Virus record (IMG/VR): IMGVR_UViG_3300017914_000233
Coordinates: 1 to 47,310 of that record
Strand: one strand, 5' to 3'
From: a virus
Taxonomy: Duplodnaviria > Caudoviricetes
DNA length: 47,310 bases
Shown here: in pieces, positions 35,141 through 45,016 of the stretch
Layout: each line of letters begins with the position of its first letter
Position numbering within the stretch: the first letter of the stretch is position 1
Program-made: the position numbers and the translations under genes
Notes under the pieces: generated by a model
What the model was told of the DNA's origin: nothing
Seen by the model: only the letters and a program-made list of their open reading frames with translations
The model's database searches: none

Positions 35141-37276
35141 TTATCTGAATAGAATGTTTGCTATTAATGCCCACTTAGATGTTTCTTCTGCATCAGCCCT
35201 TGCCTTAGCATACTCATCATACTTTTTATCAGCCATAATTAGCTCAAAAGCACGTTGTTTTTCATCCTCAGTAGCTTTAAAAGCATAGTCCATCAAGTCA
35301 CGTTCACGTTGCCACAATTGATCCAAAGCAGCTGTGGTAATAGCATTTACATTCTTTGCTTTTTCCATGTTAGCTTGGTTTTGTGCAGCAGTGTTAATTG
35401 TAGCTACATTTTGTCTCCACTGAGCATTTGCCTGTGCAACAACTAATCTGTTAGTAGCATTAAACTGATTACGTTGATTTTTAACTGATGCATTAAACTG
35501 TCTTGCAGCATTCTTCTGACCTGCATTAAACTGCCTAGTAGCATTTCTTTGTGTGGCATTAAATTGAGATACCTGTGTTCTCAAGTTTGCCATAAACTGC
35601 CTTGTTTGGTTTTCAGAAGCAGCATTAAATTGAGCAGCAGCATTTGTAGCAGCAGCATCTGTAAAGATAGACTGAGCAATAGATTGTGCTTTAAACATTT
35701 CAGCTTGTTGCTGATTGCTTAAGTTAGCCATATCCATCTCTAAGAATGCTTGAGCATTTTGAACAGCAGCTTGTTGCTCATTCGACAAGTTCTGTTGTTC
35801 TAGTTGAGAGATAGACGCAGCTTGAGCCATAACCATAGCTTGTCTATTATTTAGATTTGCTAACTGCATTGTGTTAGCTGCACGAGAGTTTTCAAGTGCT
35901 ACCTGCTGTTCAGCAGTAAAGTTCATATCTGCTATATCAGCAATACGAGATGCATTTTGAACTCTTGCTTGGAATGCTTGGTCAAACTCTTGGCCGATAA
36001 ACTGAGCACGTTGTTGTGCTGCAAGCATAGCACGTTGTTGTCTGTTCGACAAGTTCTGCATTTCAAACTGTGCTTGAGTTTGAGCATCTGCCATAGCAAT
36101 AGGTAGTGCAGATTCCATTGCAGCTTGTACAGTAGCCTGACCTGCAATAGACGAAGCACCAAGACCTCTTGCTGCCATCTGCCCCATAGCAGCTCTCATA
36201 GCACCAGCTGCCCATGCAGGTGTCTGACCACCTTCAAAGTCTTGCATCAAATTAGATAGCTGCTCTTGTACCATAGTTTGTTGGGATGGTTGAGCAGTTG
36301 CAGCTTGAACTTGTTCTGTAAATGCTGCAGCAGTTGCCGCATCAGCAGCACCAGTAATAAGTTCACCCTGTTGAATTTGTCTTTGAACAGGGTTGTTCAT
36401 CATAATGGCTGTACTTTGCTCGGCTTGCAAATTTTGTACAGCACTTGTCGTCGGGTCCATTGTAGCTGCTTGAGCAAGAGCTTGCGGGTCTACGGCACCT
36501 TGTGCTCCTTGTACACCTTCCATAGCTGTTGTAATATCAGCTTCTGTTCCTTGTGCCTGATACGTCTCAGTACCAATCTGACCAGGGGCTTGTGCTGTTG
36601 CAGCTGGACCTGCAGTAGCAGCAGTCATAGTAGCTGCTGGACCAACTTGACCAGTACCTGCAGCCATAGTAGTTCCTGGTGCATTAGGATCAATCTCAGA
36701 TACTTCTGTTTCAGTAACTAGAGATGCTGGATCTGTGTAAGCTGCAGTAGCCATCTCAGATTGAGCAGTTTGCATTTCTGCAGCAGCTTCAGCTTGAAGA
36801 GTCTGAATTTGATTTTCTAATTTTCGAATCTGCTTATTAGCAGCTTTAATAGCTTTTTGAGCATTGGTGTATTTGGTATTCTTTTTTTCAAAAGCTTTTA
36901 GTTTTTCTCGATACTCAGCAAAAGGCTTGTTTAGGTTAGCCAACATTGCTTTTGCTTTAGCAGCAACTTTTGCTTTAACTTTTGGGTTACTAAAATAGGC
37001 TGTATATTTTTTAGCTTTTGTTACACTATTTACCAGTACGCCACGTTGACGACCACCACTAACCTGATTATAAGCATGTTTAAACTTGCCTGGATTTTTT
37101 GGTTTATTAGTAGGTTTTTTTACACCCTGTAGTTGTTGAATCTTTTGCTGTAACTTAACTAGCTCTAGTTTTTTAGCATTTAGTGTATTAACCTTAGAGT
37201 TTCCTTCAGGTGCAAAAACTGCTCCACTAGTAAAACTAGTGTTAGGCATAAACATGTTTGGAAGTGTGTATTTCAT
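35141..37276 (-). CDS. Gln/Ala-rich coiled-coil internal virion protein
   Basis: 711 aa, RGLGASS motif, QFNA repeats. Confidence 0.7.
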   Translation of the reverse strand: MKYTLPNMFMPNTSFTSGAVFAPEGNSKVNTLNAKKLELVKLQQKIQQLQGVKKPTNKPKNPGKFKHAYNQVSGGRQRGVLVNSVTKAKKYTAYFSNPKVKAKVAAKAKAMLANLNKPFAEYREKLKAFEKKNTKYTNAQKAIKAANKQIRKLENQIQTLQAEAAAEMQTAQSEMATAAYTDPASLVTETEVSEIDPNAPGTTMAAGTGQVGPAATMTAATAGPAATAQAPGQIGTETYQAQGTEADITTAMEGVQGAQGAVDPQALAQAATMDPTTSAVQNLQAEQSTAIMMNNPVQRQIQQGELITGAADAATAAAFTEQVQAATAQPSQQTMVQEQLSNLMQDFEGGQTPAWAAGAMRAAMGQMAARGLGASSIAGQATVQAAMESALPIAMADAQTQAQFEMQNLSNRQQRAMLAAQQRAQFIGQEFDQAFQARVQNASRIADIADMNFTAEQQVALENSRAANTMQLANLNNRQAMVMAQAASISQLEQQNLSNEQQAAVQNAQAFLEMDMANLSNQQQAEMFKAQSIAQSIFTDAAATNAAAQFNAASENQTRQFMANLRTQVSQFNATQRNATRQFNAGQKNAARQFNASVKNQRNQFNATNRLVVAQANAQWRQNVATINTAAQNQANMEKAKNVNAITTAALDQLWQRERDLMDYAFKATEDEKQRAFELIMADKKYDEYAKARADAEETSKWALIANILFR

Positions 37277-37298
37277 ATTAGGAAATCTCTTTAATTAT

Positions 37299-37327
37299 AT
37301 TATAAACTACTTTGTTAGAAGAGTCAA
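37299..37327 (-). promoter_or_regulatory. Promoter for the internal virion protein block
   Basis: TTGACT-N17-TATAAT, intergenic. Confidence 0.75.
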
Positions 37328-37330
37328 GAA

Positions 37331-37798
37331 CTACCATTTACCTTGATTTTTGCCTACGAGGTACAAGACAAATAGAACCACTGCTAAACCTGTAATCAAA
37401 GCTAAGATACCGACAGTCCATTCAATGATACTTTGCTTTATCTGTTGTTTACGGAACTCGTGTTTCTTCTTTTGCTCTCTCATGTCCCTGAGAATGTCTT
37501 TGTACTCTTGTAATCCTGTTGGACCGTGTACAAACTGTATCATATTCTCAAGTTCTTTCTTAAGTTCTTGACCTTTTTTCTTTGCGGCAAAAGCTTCAGC
37601 AGCTTCTTTCTCTAAGCTAGATCCAAACGACTTATACCAAGGTGGATTCTTAGCTCTACGTTCAGCTTCGTTTAAGTCAGCCCAAGCACCAGCAAACTTA
37701 GTCATAGCTTGTGAGGTATCTCTACCTGCATTAATTAGCTGTCTCATTTGACCTACTGCAGTAGATGCGACAGACAAAGCTGTTAATGGATCAATCAT
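37331..37798 (-). CDS. Coiled-coil protein with C-terminal TM helix
   Basis: 155 aa, MIDP start. Confidence 0.75.
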   Translation of the reverse strand: MIDPLTALSVASTAVGQMRQLINAGRDTSQAMTKFAGAWADLNEAERRAKNPPWYKSFGSSLEKEAAEAFAAKKKGQELKKELENMIQFVHGPTGLQEYKDILRDMREQKKKHEFRKQQIKQSIIEWTVGILALITGLAVVLFVLYLVGKNQGKW

Positions 37799-37941
37799 AG
37801 GGTTATCTTTCTAGGACAAATAAATTCTGGATGAACCCTATAGTATTTTGTTTTATCGTCAGGGCATTTGTAAGTACAAGATTTATAAAAACCATCGTAG
37901 AAACTATGACCAAACCCTACAATGAATATTAGACAGGTCAT
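37795..37941 (-). CDS. 48-aa Cys-containing protein (MTCLIFIVG...)
   Basis: Hand translation; ATGA overlaps on both sides. Confidence 0.65.
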   Translation of the reverse strand: MTCLIFIVGFGHSFYDGFYKSCTYKCPDDKTKYYRVHPEFICPRKITL

Positions 37942-38078
37942 TTAGCAAAAGCATCATCAAGAAGTATGATCTCTAGCCTTTGCACCTGTAGCTGTAAATC
38001 ATTAGTTGTTTTAATGTTCCAACCAAGTAAGGCTATAAGGGATGCGGCAAGTACACCAGCTAATGCTTTATTATCCAT
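37938..38078 (-). CDS. 46-aa single-TM protein (MDNKALAGVL...)
   Basis: Hand translation; coupled. Confidence 0.65.
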   Translation of the reverse strand: MDNKALAGVLAASLIALLGWNIKTTNDLQLQVQRLEIILLDDAFAK

Positions 38079-38079
38079 G

Positions 38080-38262
38080 TTACTTTTCCGCAACCCTATT
38101 CCTGCGAACTAAAAAGTCTTCCCACATAGGCTTAATCATTTTGTAGTTCTCTTCCACCTTGTAAGTGATGACTGCCATATTAGCATTCATCTGATACAAT
38201 TGGAAAGAACCCCAACTTAATAACCCTAGTGCTAGAACACCTAATAGTTGCTCAGGTTTCAT
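38080..38262 (-). CDS. 60-aa single-TM protein
   Basis: GAGG RBS, hydrophobic N-terminus. Confidence 0.65.
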   Translation of the reverse strand: MKPEQLLGVLALGLLSWGSFQLYQMNANMAVITYKVEENYKMIKPMWEDFLVRRNRVAEK

Positions 38263-38487
38263 TTAGTCTGCCTCGTCTGCTACTTCTTCAGTTTCTACAG
38301 ATTGTGCTAACGCAGCCATGAATGCATCACGTCCTACTGATAGCTGATCTAAGTTAAACTTAGTTGATCGAATCTTACGTTCTAGATCAGTGATATGGTT
38401 AATGATAACCTTTTGTTGATCTGTAAGCTGATCTTCAGTGTATTTTTTGTCGTTGATTGTAATGACGTTTGTTTGTTTCTCTGTCAT
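38263..38487 (-). CDS. Small coiled-coil protein after tail fibre, possible chaperone
   Basis: AGGAAGG RBS; positional call. Confidence 0.6.
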   Translation of the reverse strand: MTEKQTNVITINDKKYTEDQLTDQQKVIINHITDLERKIRSTKFNLDQLSVGRDAFMAALAQSVETEEVADEAD

Positions 38488-38505
38488 TTTTAACCTTCCT
38501 TTTCT

Positions 38506-41500
38506 TTAGATTGCTTCTAATGCATCAAGTCTTGCCTTGATTGCGGTTTGCTCTGTTTCCAGAGTTTCAATTCTCTCCATAGCTTCTTGCAGTGCTTTGA
38601 CTGCTTTCATGTAAAGAATAGAATACTTGACACTATAGTGTTCTATCTGATTACCGTCTGCATCTAAGACTGGGTTATCCTCGTCATCTTTTTTAAAGTG
38701 TTGCTTTACTAGACCACCCATACCCGCAGCCTGTAAGTCTTGAGCAATCACACCCAACTGGTTTGGCGCATCTAGGCCTTCTTCAATCCAAGAGTATTTC
38801 TTGACCTGAACAGCTTTAATGTCATCCCACTGAGAGCCACAGGCAGTAATATTTTCCTTTAGTCGTTTATCCGATGTACCACCATATGAGTTGGTTGCAC
38901 TTCGGAAGTCGCCATTTTCTTCTATTTCAGATTTAGTCACACCTCGACGTTCATGCAACCAAACATAGTCACCTGCGGTTCCATCTCTAGCTTGCATTCT
39001 TACGGTGGTATCATTTGATCCACTTCCAGTGTGGTAAATGATAATAGCTTCCTCGGTAGAAGTATAAACATTACCGTGGCTTCTGCCTACTCTAATACCA
39101 CCATTTCTAAGATAGATATCACCTGCATCATCTAACTGCATAGACCCTTCTGAGCCATTTTCGTATGCATTAGCTACGGGATAAAACTCTAGGTTTGCGT
39201 TACCAGTACCGTCATCACAAGTGGCAATCATGCCCCCGAATTTATCAGCACCGGCGTCATTGGTTTTAAATAGGTAGCCACCGACATAGTCTCCTGCAAC
39301 AACGGCAGTGTCTGATCTACCTGCAACAAACTGTGTACCACCAGTAAAGAAATTAACAAAACTACGTTTACCAGCATTAAATGAGACTGGAATGTGACCC
39401 GCAGGGTCTGTAACGGACATGCCCACGTTGCTGTTAGAGCCATCCACAAAGAAAGCTGCTGTATCGTTGCCACTTTCAACACGGAAGTCAATGTCTTTAC
39501 TGTCTTCGTTAAAAACAGCTTCTGTTGCACCTATCTGAAAAGCATTACTAAGTGAATTGTTTTTCCGAATGTAAAACTCTTGACGACTATCTTCAGTTCC
39601 ATCAGTCACATCTGTTATTTTTGCATAGTGAGTGGCGTAAATAATAGTTTCATCTGCACTATTTTTTCCAGCAAAATGTATAGAACCTAAATAGTCATTG
39701 TCGGCAGGGGAAGGTGAGTTTCGTAATAAATATACATCTGGCCCAGTAGATGCACTGTCATTCGTACATTCTAACTGGAACATAGCAGGATTTGAAGTAG
39801 AGTTAGATGTTATATGCAAAAGGCTTACAGGATCAGTCTCGTTTATGCCAATATTACCAGCACTGTCAATCACCATACGTTGTGTTCCAGTGTTTGCACC
39901 ATCAGCAGTAGTCCAGAACTCTAAACTACCAGGCATATCGTCAACACCAGGAGTGCCATCAACACGGGCTATAATTTGAGCACCTATAGATGCAATGTCC
40001 GTACCGTCTGCCCCATAAAAGTTAAGTGCACCAAGTTGGTCGCCGTCCTGAACAATAGTAACATCACCTTTGGTGGATGCTCTTGATCTAGCAAAACGTA
40101 GTGCTGGCCCTGATCCTGTGTTCTGGTTTCGTAGAATACCTATAGAAGATGTTGCACCAGTTGTTCCAACAACTTGCAATGGTGGAGGCGTGGCTGAACC
40201 AATTCCTTGTGCTGTATGGTGACCCACAATAACAACATCACTCGCCGCATCGGTCACAAACAGATTAGATTCTGAGCTACCTTCAATGCGGAAATTAACG
40301 TCATTACCAGGTTCGTTGATAACAACCTGACCGTCAGTACCACCAGTGTCACCTCGCAAAGTGAGCATCTGACTTCCACCGCCATTACCTAAAACGTTAA
40401 AGGTTAAACGACCTTTTTCTGCACCATCCGTTGCATCTTCGATAAAGGCTTCAATCTTGGCGTACTGGTGTTTGCCGCCGCCATCATCTTCACCACTAAA
40501 GTAAATCTCACCGATAGAATCATCTGCTGCTGGTGTAGAAGAGTTGCGATATAGATCAAGAATTGGGCCGTTGTTTGCACCACTGTCAGTACCTTCAACC
40601 CGTAGTACGATAGGCTGTCCACTACCTTTTAAGTGTAGGTTGGCAGAAGGACTAGATTCACCGATCCCAACATTACCACTGCTGTCGATACGCATGGCTT
40701 CTGAGTTATCAACGTCAAACCTAATATAGCTATCTGCCGCCTCATCATTATCATCTGCACCAATTCTCAAAACACCTCCAACGTTTCGGATACGTGCTGT
40801 AGCACTTCCATCTACCATATCAAAGTTATGACCATTGCCACTTGTAGTGATTTCTAGGTGTGTACCTGTTGACGAGCCTGCGTCTACGGTCAAAGTCCCC
40901 GTGATGTCTAGAGTATCAAGATCACTATCAAACCTAAATGCTTCAGTAAGGCTACCATTACGCATTGAGTAGAATACTAAGTCAACCTCTTCGTCTGTTG
41001 GTGTTAAACCAGTTGTTACAATACGAATAGCACCGCCAGTTTCTACGTTACCAGCAGCAGTTTCTACTTGGAACTGCATACCGGTACCAATACCCACAGC
41101 AGGAGTACCACTAGACTGAGCTTTAAGGGTTAGTGTATTAATAACTGCGTTTGTTGTAGCACTCTCAACGTCCACAGTAGCAGTTTGACTAAAGGTTACA
41201 TTGCCACCAGAAGAAATAGTAATAGCATCAGCATCTGAGTCAGAACCGATTGTAGCACCATCATCAATTAGGATGTCTCCAAGGGTAGCTGTACCACTCG
41301 CATACAAGTCGTTAAACTGAACTAGAGCAGTACCTATATTAAGTCCATTATTGGTACTAGGTCTTACTTCGTTAGCAGTTGCAACAAACTCTTGGGTTGG
41401 ACCAAGTACAGTAATAGCAGCACCTTCAGCAGATGTACCATCGTGTGTGTGACCTGTAGAAGAATTAAAGGCAGCTTCAACTGCGTCAAATTCTCCATCA

Positions 41501-41574
41501 AGATCTGCCGCATCAATAACGTTACCGTCAGCAATGTTGTTTGCGGTGTCGTTTCTTGTGTAACCTGTTCCCAT
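38506..41574 (-). CDS. Tail fibre/spike with C-terminal peptidase S74 intramolecular chaperone
   Basis: MRIDSSGNVGIG repeats; SDKRLKENI, GVIAQD and terminal coiled coil. Confidence 0.9.
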   Translation of the reverse strand: MGTGYTRNDTANNIADGNVIDAADLDGEFDAVEAAFNSSTGHTHDGTSAEGAAITVLGPTQEFVATANEVRPSTNNGLNIGTALVQFNDLYASGTATLGDILIDDGATIGSDSDADAITISSGGNVTFSQTATVDVESATTNAVINTLTLKAQSSGTPAVGIGTGMQFQVETAAGNVETGGAIRIVTTGLTPTDEEVDLVFYSMRNGSLTEAFRFDSDLDTLDITGTLTVDAGSSTGTHLEITTSGNGHNFDMVDGSATARIRNVGGVLRIGADDNDEAADSYIRFDVDNSEAMRIDSSGNVGIGESSPSANLHLKGSGQPIVLRVEGTDSGANNGPILDLYRNSSTPAADDSIGEIYFSGEDDGGGKHQYAKIEAFIEDATDGAEKGRLTFNVLGNGGGSQMLTLRGDTGGTDGQVVINEPGNDVNFRIEGSSESNLFVTDAASDVVIVGHHTAQGIGSATPPPLQVVGTTGATSSIGILRNQNTGSGPALRFARSRASTKGDVTIVQDGDQLGALNFYGADGTDIASIGAQIIARVDGTPGVDDMPGSLEFWTTADGANTGTQRMVIDSAGNIGINETDPVSLLHITSNSTSNPAMFQLECTNDSASTGPDVYLLRNSPSPADNDYLGSIHFAGKNSADETIIYATHYAKITDVTDGTEDSRQEFYIRKNNSLSNAFQIGATEAVFNEDSKDIDFRVESGNDTAAFFVDGSNSNVGMSVTDPAGHIPVSFNAGKRSFVNFFTGGTQFVAGRSDTAVVAGDYVGGYLFKTNDAGADKFGGMIATCDDGTGNANLEFYPVANAYENGSEGSMQLDDAGDIYLRNGGIRVGRSHGNVYTSTEEAIIIYHTGSGSNDTTVRMQARDGTAGDYVWLHERRGVTKSEIEENGDFRSATNSYGGTSDKRLKENITACGSQWDDIKAVQVKKYSWIEEGLDAPNQLGVIAQDLQAAGMGGLVKQHFKKDDEDNPVLDADGNQIEHYSVKYSILYMKAVKALQEAMERIETLETEQTAIKARLDALEAI

Positions 41575-41580
41575 AGTAAT

Positions 41581-43758
41581 TTACCTTCTTGTATTTGTGC
41601 CGTATTCTAGAGTTATAGCATCGAGAGAAAATGGAGGATCTGTACCATCTGATGTGTACTGTAGAGAGGCAACAAAACCTGATCCTACTAGTTGAGTTTC
41701 AAAAAGTGTTAAAAGTTTAGTACTGTATACTGCTGATCCACCGAATGTTGATGAACCATAAAAAGCTACTTGTCCTGTAGCATTGTTAAGGTTTATTTTA
41801 TTAGGTTGAATACTGTCTTTTTGGTCAAAGTCTAGTTTCAAACTAACATCAAATGTTACACCACCTTGTGGATCTGTGTATAAAAACATTTTGTAGAATG
41901 TCTTACGAACTCTTGGGTCTGTAAGTGGCATAAATGGTGTAGAAAAGTTAGCTTTTATGTTTGATCCATCAAAGCTGTTACCATTTTCCATTTGGTATAA
42001 ATAACCATCGTTATTAGCAAACACAATAGTTTCAGCATTTTGATAGAATCTACTGTCTGCTACATAGGCTCTGATACCCCTAAGTTCTGCCCAGGCCATA
42101 CCTTCACCACCTTGACCTGCAAACTGAGTTCCTAGAATACCTTCTGCTGAAGATTTACCTATGTTGGCATTATACCCTAAGATTCTATACTGAGACTTGT
42201 TACGAATAACAACACTGCTAAAAGATGTATTAGAGCTTACAAACTCTGTGACTTTATCTTGAATGTCTTTTGATACGACACCTAATCCAAAGTCACCAAT
42301 TCTGTCTGTGCCACTTAATAGCCGTAGACCATCTGGGCCAAGGAACATTACATCCCCACCAATCTCTTGAATAGTGTCAACATCAACACAGCCAATATCT
42401 GCTGTAATAGGTTGTAGCTGAAAGTCTGAGATAGTGCTGCCAACAATACGTAGTATAGAAGATTCAGTAAAAATAATTAACTGTTCTCTAAATACTATTA
42501 GCCCTGTAATGTCTGCTCCTACAGATATTGTACCAGCACCTGCAGCAGCTGTAAAGTCATTATCTGTAAAAGGTGCTGTAAAAGTTAAAAGATTATCTTT
42601 ACCAAAAAATAGTTGATTCTTAAAACTAGTTACAAATTTTGCACCGTTTACATCGGATGGTGCATCATCAAGTGCTGTAAAAGTAGTACCATCATATAGT
42701 GCAGGTACGTTAGTACCATCTACTATAGCTATTTTTTCTGTTCCAGTATAGTTATACCTAGCAAATCTTGTTTTACCAGCATTTTCTCTTGACGTACTTA
42801 AAAAAGTTATAGCAGCATTATCTGCTGGAGAGCTATCAAGAGCAGGGTCAATAGTGAGTGTAGTTGCACCAGAAGTTACCGTAGGTGCTGCAGTAATAGT
42901 GTATATTAAATCTACACCATCAATCTTAAAAATGTCACCTAACTGTGGATCAGAATCTATGCCATCAATATCTAGACTTGAACCAGTTTGAGATGCACCA
43001 TTAACTAAGACAGTACCATATGAAGGGACATTAATCATAGAGTAGCCATTACCACTCGTCTTATATAAATCCTCATTCTTAGCTACGATTACACTGTCTA
43101 GAAAAACTCCACAACCAACGGCAAGGTAATTTGAGTTAGTAGATACAACCTTTACGTCATCACCATTACTTGGATTTACTACCATTGTTTGATCAAGGGT
43201 AAGAGTAGCTCTATTTACTGTGTCGTTAAATGAAACAGTAGCAATAGTGTACCTAAACGACAGAACAGCATCATCTTCTGGGGCTATTGCAATAGCAGGT
43301 GTAATTGTTAATGTAGAGGCTGTACCAGATAAAGCTGTAGCAGAGCTTACTGTATATACAGTTGTATCACCAGCTATGGTAAAAGTATCGTTGGCTGAAG
43401 GGGCTACGTCAAGGTTATCTACATCAAGGCTTGTACCAGTCTGAGTTGCCCCAGCTACTGCCCCACCTTCCATAGAAATAACATCATCAGCTTCTGGTGT
43501 TTCTCTCACATTAGCAAGAATAAGGTTAGTTCCAGTTTGTCCATCGCCGTGAACTACAGGAGCACCATAGGGTGGTATAATCTCCGAATCATATTTATCA
43601 TAACCTAAAATTCTTCTGTAACCACCTTCAATAGATGGTTCAAAGTTTCTCAGAGTACGAGCAGAGCCAGGCATGTTGATACCTTGCTGCAGTGGACTCA
43701 TATTAGTTATAAGACCACCACTAAACTGAATAGGGAATGTCTGGCGTGTTGTAGGCAT
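41581..43758 (-). CDS. Tail nozzle/stabilisation protein (tubular B or P22 gp10-like)
   Basis: 725 aa, GGL start, propeller-like segments, follows adaptor. Confidence 0.7.
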   Translation of the reverse strand: MPTTRQTFPIQFSGGLITNMSPLQQGINMPGSARTLRNFEPSIEGGYRRILGYDKYDSEIIPPYGAPVVHGDGQTGTNLILANVRETPEADDVISMEGGAVAGATQTGTSLDVDNLDVAPSANDTFTIAGDTTVYTVSSATALSGTASTLTITPAIAIAPEDDAVLSFRYTIATVSFNDTVNRATLTLDQTMVVNPSNGDDVKVVSTNSNYLAVGCGVFLDSVIVAKNEDLYKTSGNGYSMINVPSYGTVLVNGASQTGSSLDIDGIDSDPQLGDIFKIDGVDLIYTITAAPTVTSGATTLTIDPALDSSPADNAAITFLSTSRENAGKTRFARYNYTGTEKIAIVDGTNVPALYDGTTFTALDDAPSDVNGAKFVTSFKNQLFFGKDNLLTFTAPFTDNDFTAAAGAGTISVGADITGLIVFREQLIIFTESSILRIVGSTISDFQLQPITADIGCVDVDTIQEIGGDVMFLGPDGLRLLSGTDRIGDFGLGVVSKDIQDKVTEFVSSNTSFSSVVIRNKSQYRILGYNANIGKSSAEGILGTQFAGQGGEGMAWAELRGIRAYVADSRFYQNAETIVFANNDGYLYQMENGNSFDGSNIKANFSTPFMPLTDPRVRKTFYKMFLYTDPQGGVTFDVSLKLDFDQKDSIQPNKINLNNATGQVAFYGSSTFGGSAVYSTKLLTLFETQLVGSGFVASLQYTSDGTDPPFSLDAITLEYGTNTRR

Positions 43759-43761
43759 CTA

Positions 43762-44493
43762 TTAAGAAACTCTAGTTAGGTTTGATATTGTAGTGTTTAC
43801 AACAGTTGACCGTAAGTAATCATAACGGTTAATGTACAGACTTCTCATCTGTTTAATCTCTTGCTCAAAACGTTGTTGCATCATTGCAGCTTCTTGACTT
43901 TCACCTCTAAACATGTAGGCAAAATGCATAGCTCCATTGATGATAACATACCTAAACTGTTCAGGAATACTCGGAACATCTGTGTCGTTGATTAGATCTA
44001 CAGGTAACCTGTAGTATTCATAAACTAGTTTGTAAGCTTTATCTGGGGGATTAATTAAACCAAACTCTTGATCAGGTGTTTTAAAAACATAAGAGGGTAG
44101 TTGTCTGATACTTGTGTTAGTATTATATTCTAAGTCTACATGTTTCTCAAGATATTCTTCATAAGAAATAAGGTTTAACTTTTGAGTTTCGTTGTTTAAC
44201 GTAGTATCTCTTTTAATTCTAAAACTGTCAAAGTCGATAACCTTAGAGTCTGCTGGAGAACTATATCTAACAATACCAGGTGTTAGTATTTCTTCTTCAG
44301 TAACATGATTAAATGGCCACTCAAACTCATGTTGGTTAATAAAACGAATAGATGCATTAACTGCATCTTTAACCATTGCGTATTCGCCTTTGGCATTTAA
44401 AAAGTTAGCATTAGTACCTGTACCACCAACTAGTTCAACTTCATTCAATCTACGGTTTACGTCATTGACAAGTCCAATATAATCGTATGCCAT
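43762..44493 (-). CDS. Tail adaptor (tubular A-like)
   Basis: LVN.V..RLNE start, WPF, P.IPE.F motifs; position. Confidence 0.65.
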   Translation of the reverse strand: MAYDYIGLVNDVNRRLNEVELVGGTGTNANFLNAKGEYAMVKDAVNASIRFINQHEFEWPFNHVTEEEILTPGIVRYSSPADSKVIDFDSFRIKRDTTLNNETQKLNLISYEEYLEKHVDLEYNTNTSIRQLPSYVFKTPDQEFGLINPPDKAYKLVYEYYRLPVDLINDTDVPSIPEQFRYVIINGAMHFAYMFRGESQEAAMMQQRFEQEIKQMRSLYINRYDYLRSTVVNTTISNLTRVS

Positions 44494-44494
44494 A

Positions 44495-44842
44495 TTAACG
44501 TTCCTTTAGTTTTAGTTTTATACTACGTTCTGCGATACTGCCTGTGCTATCTAACATTCTGCAGAAAAAAGTATACTCTACGTTGTTTTGTCCGCCACCA
44601 ATGTTAATAGTTGCAACAGTAGGTGTACTTGTTTGAGACACATTTTGTATGCTGTCTGTAGTAGCATTACCTGAAGCTGTAGTTAAAGTTTGACCAGCAG
44701 CTAAAAGTGTTTTTGTGTCGTATAGGTTAGATTTAACATACCATGTCACAGAACTAATAGTAGCAGTATCTAAAAAACGTGACCAATCAACACTATAATC
44801 TAGTTGTTCATCTGGGTCTTTTGTAGGCCAACGAAAGCTCAT
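44495..44842 (-). CDS. Virion structural protein
   Basis: KDPDEQLDYSVDWS motif common in phage structural modules. Confidence 0.65.
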   Translation of the reverse strand: MSFRWPTKDPDEQLDYSVDWSRFLDTATISSVTWYVKSNLYDTKTLLAAGQTLTTASGNATTDSIQNVSQTSTPTVATINIGGGQNNVEYTFFCRMLDSTGSIAERSIKLKLKER

Positions 44843-44845
44843 TTA

Positions 44846-45016
44846 TTAATCCTCATTTGCAAATACAGTTCTGTCTGCGGAGTTTGGTCTTCTCTCTACA
44901 AAAACAACTCTGTTCTGCTCTCTAATTCTTACAGTTCTATTTTCGCCAAACAAGTCTATAAAAATTACCCTTGGTTGGTCAGGTATTCTTACTGTTCTTT
45001 CTGCTGCAGTAGACAT
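44846..45016 (-). CDS. 56-aa protein with RTV repeats (MSTAAERTVRIP...)
   Basis: Hand translation; TAATG overlap. Confidence 0.65.
   Translation of the reverse strand: MSTAAERTVRIPDQPRVIFIDLFGENRTVRIREQNRVVFVERRPNSADRTVFANED

Noticed and set aside
37795-38262. Spanin pair
   Set aside because: Small TM and Cys-containing ORFs are present, but no convincing lipobox or periplasmic domain of suitable size
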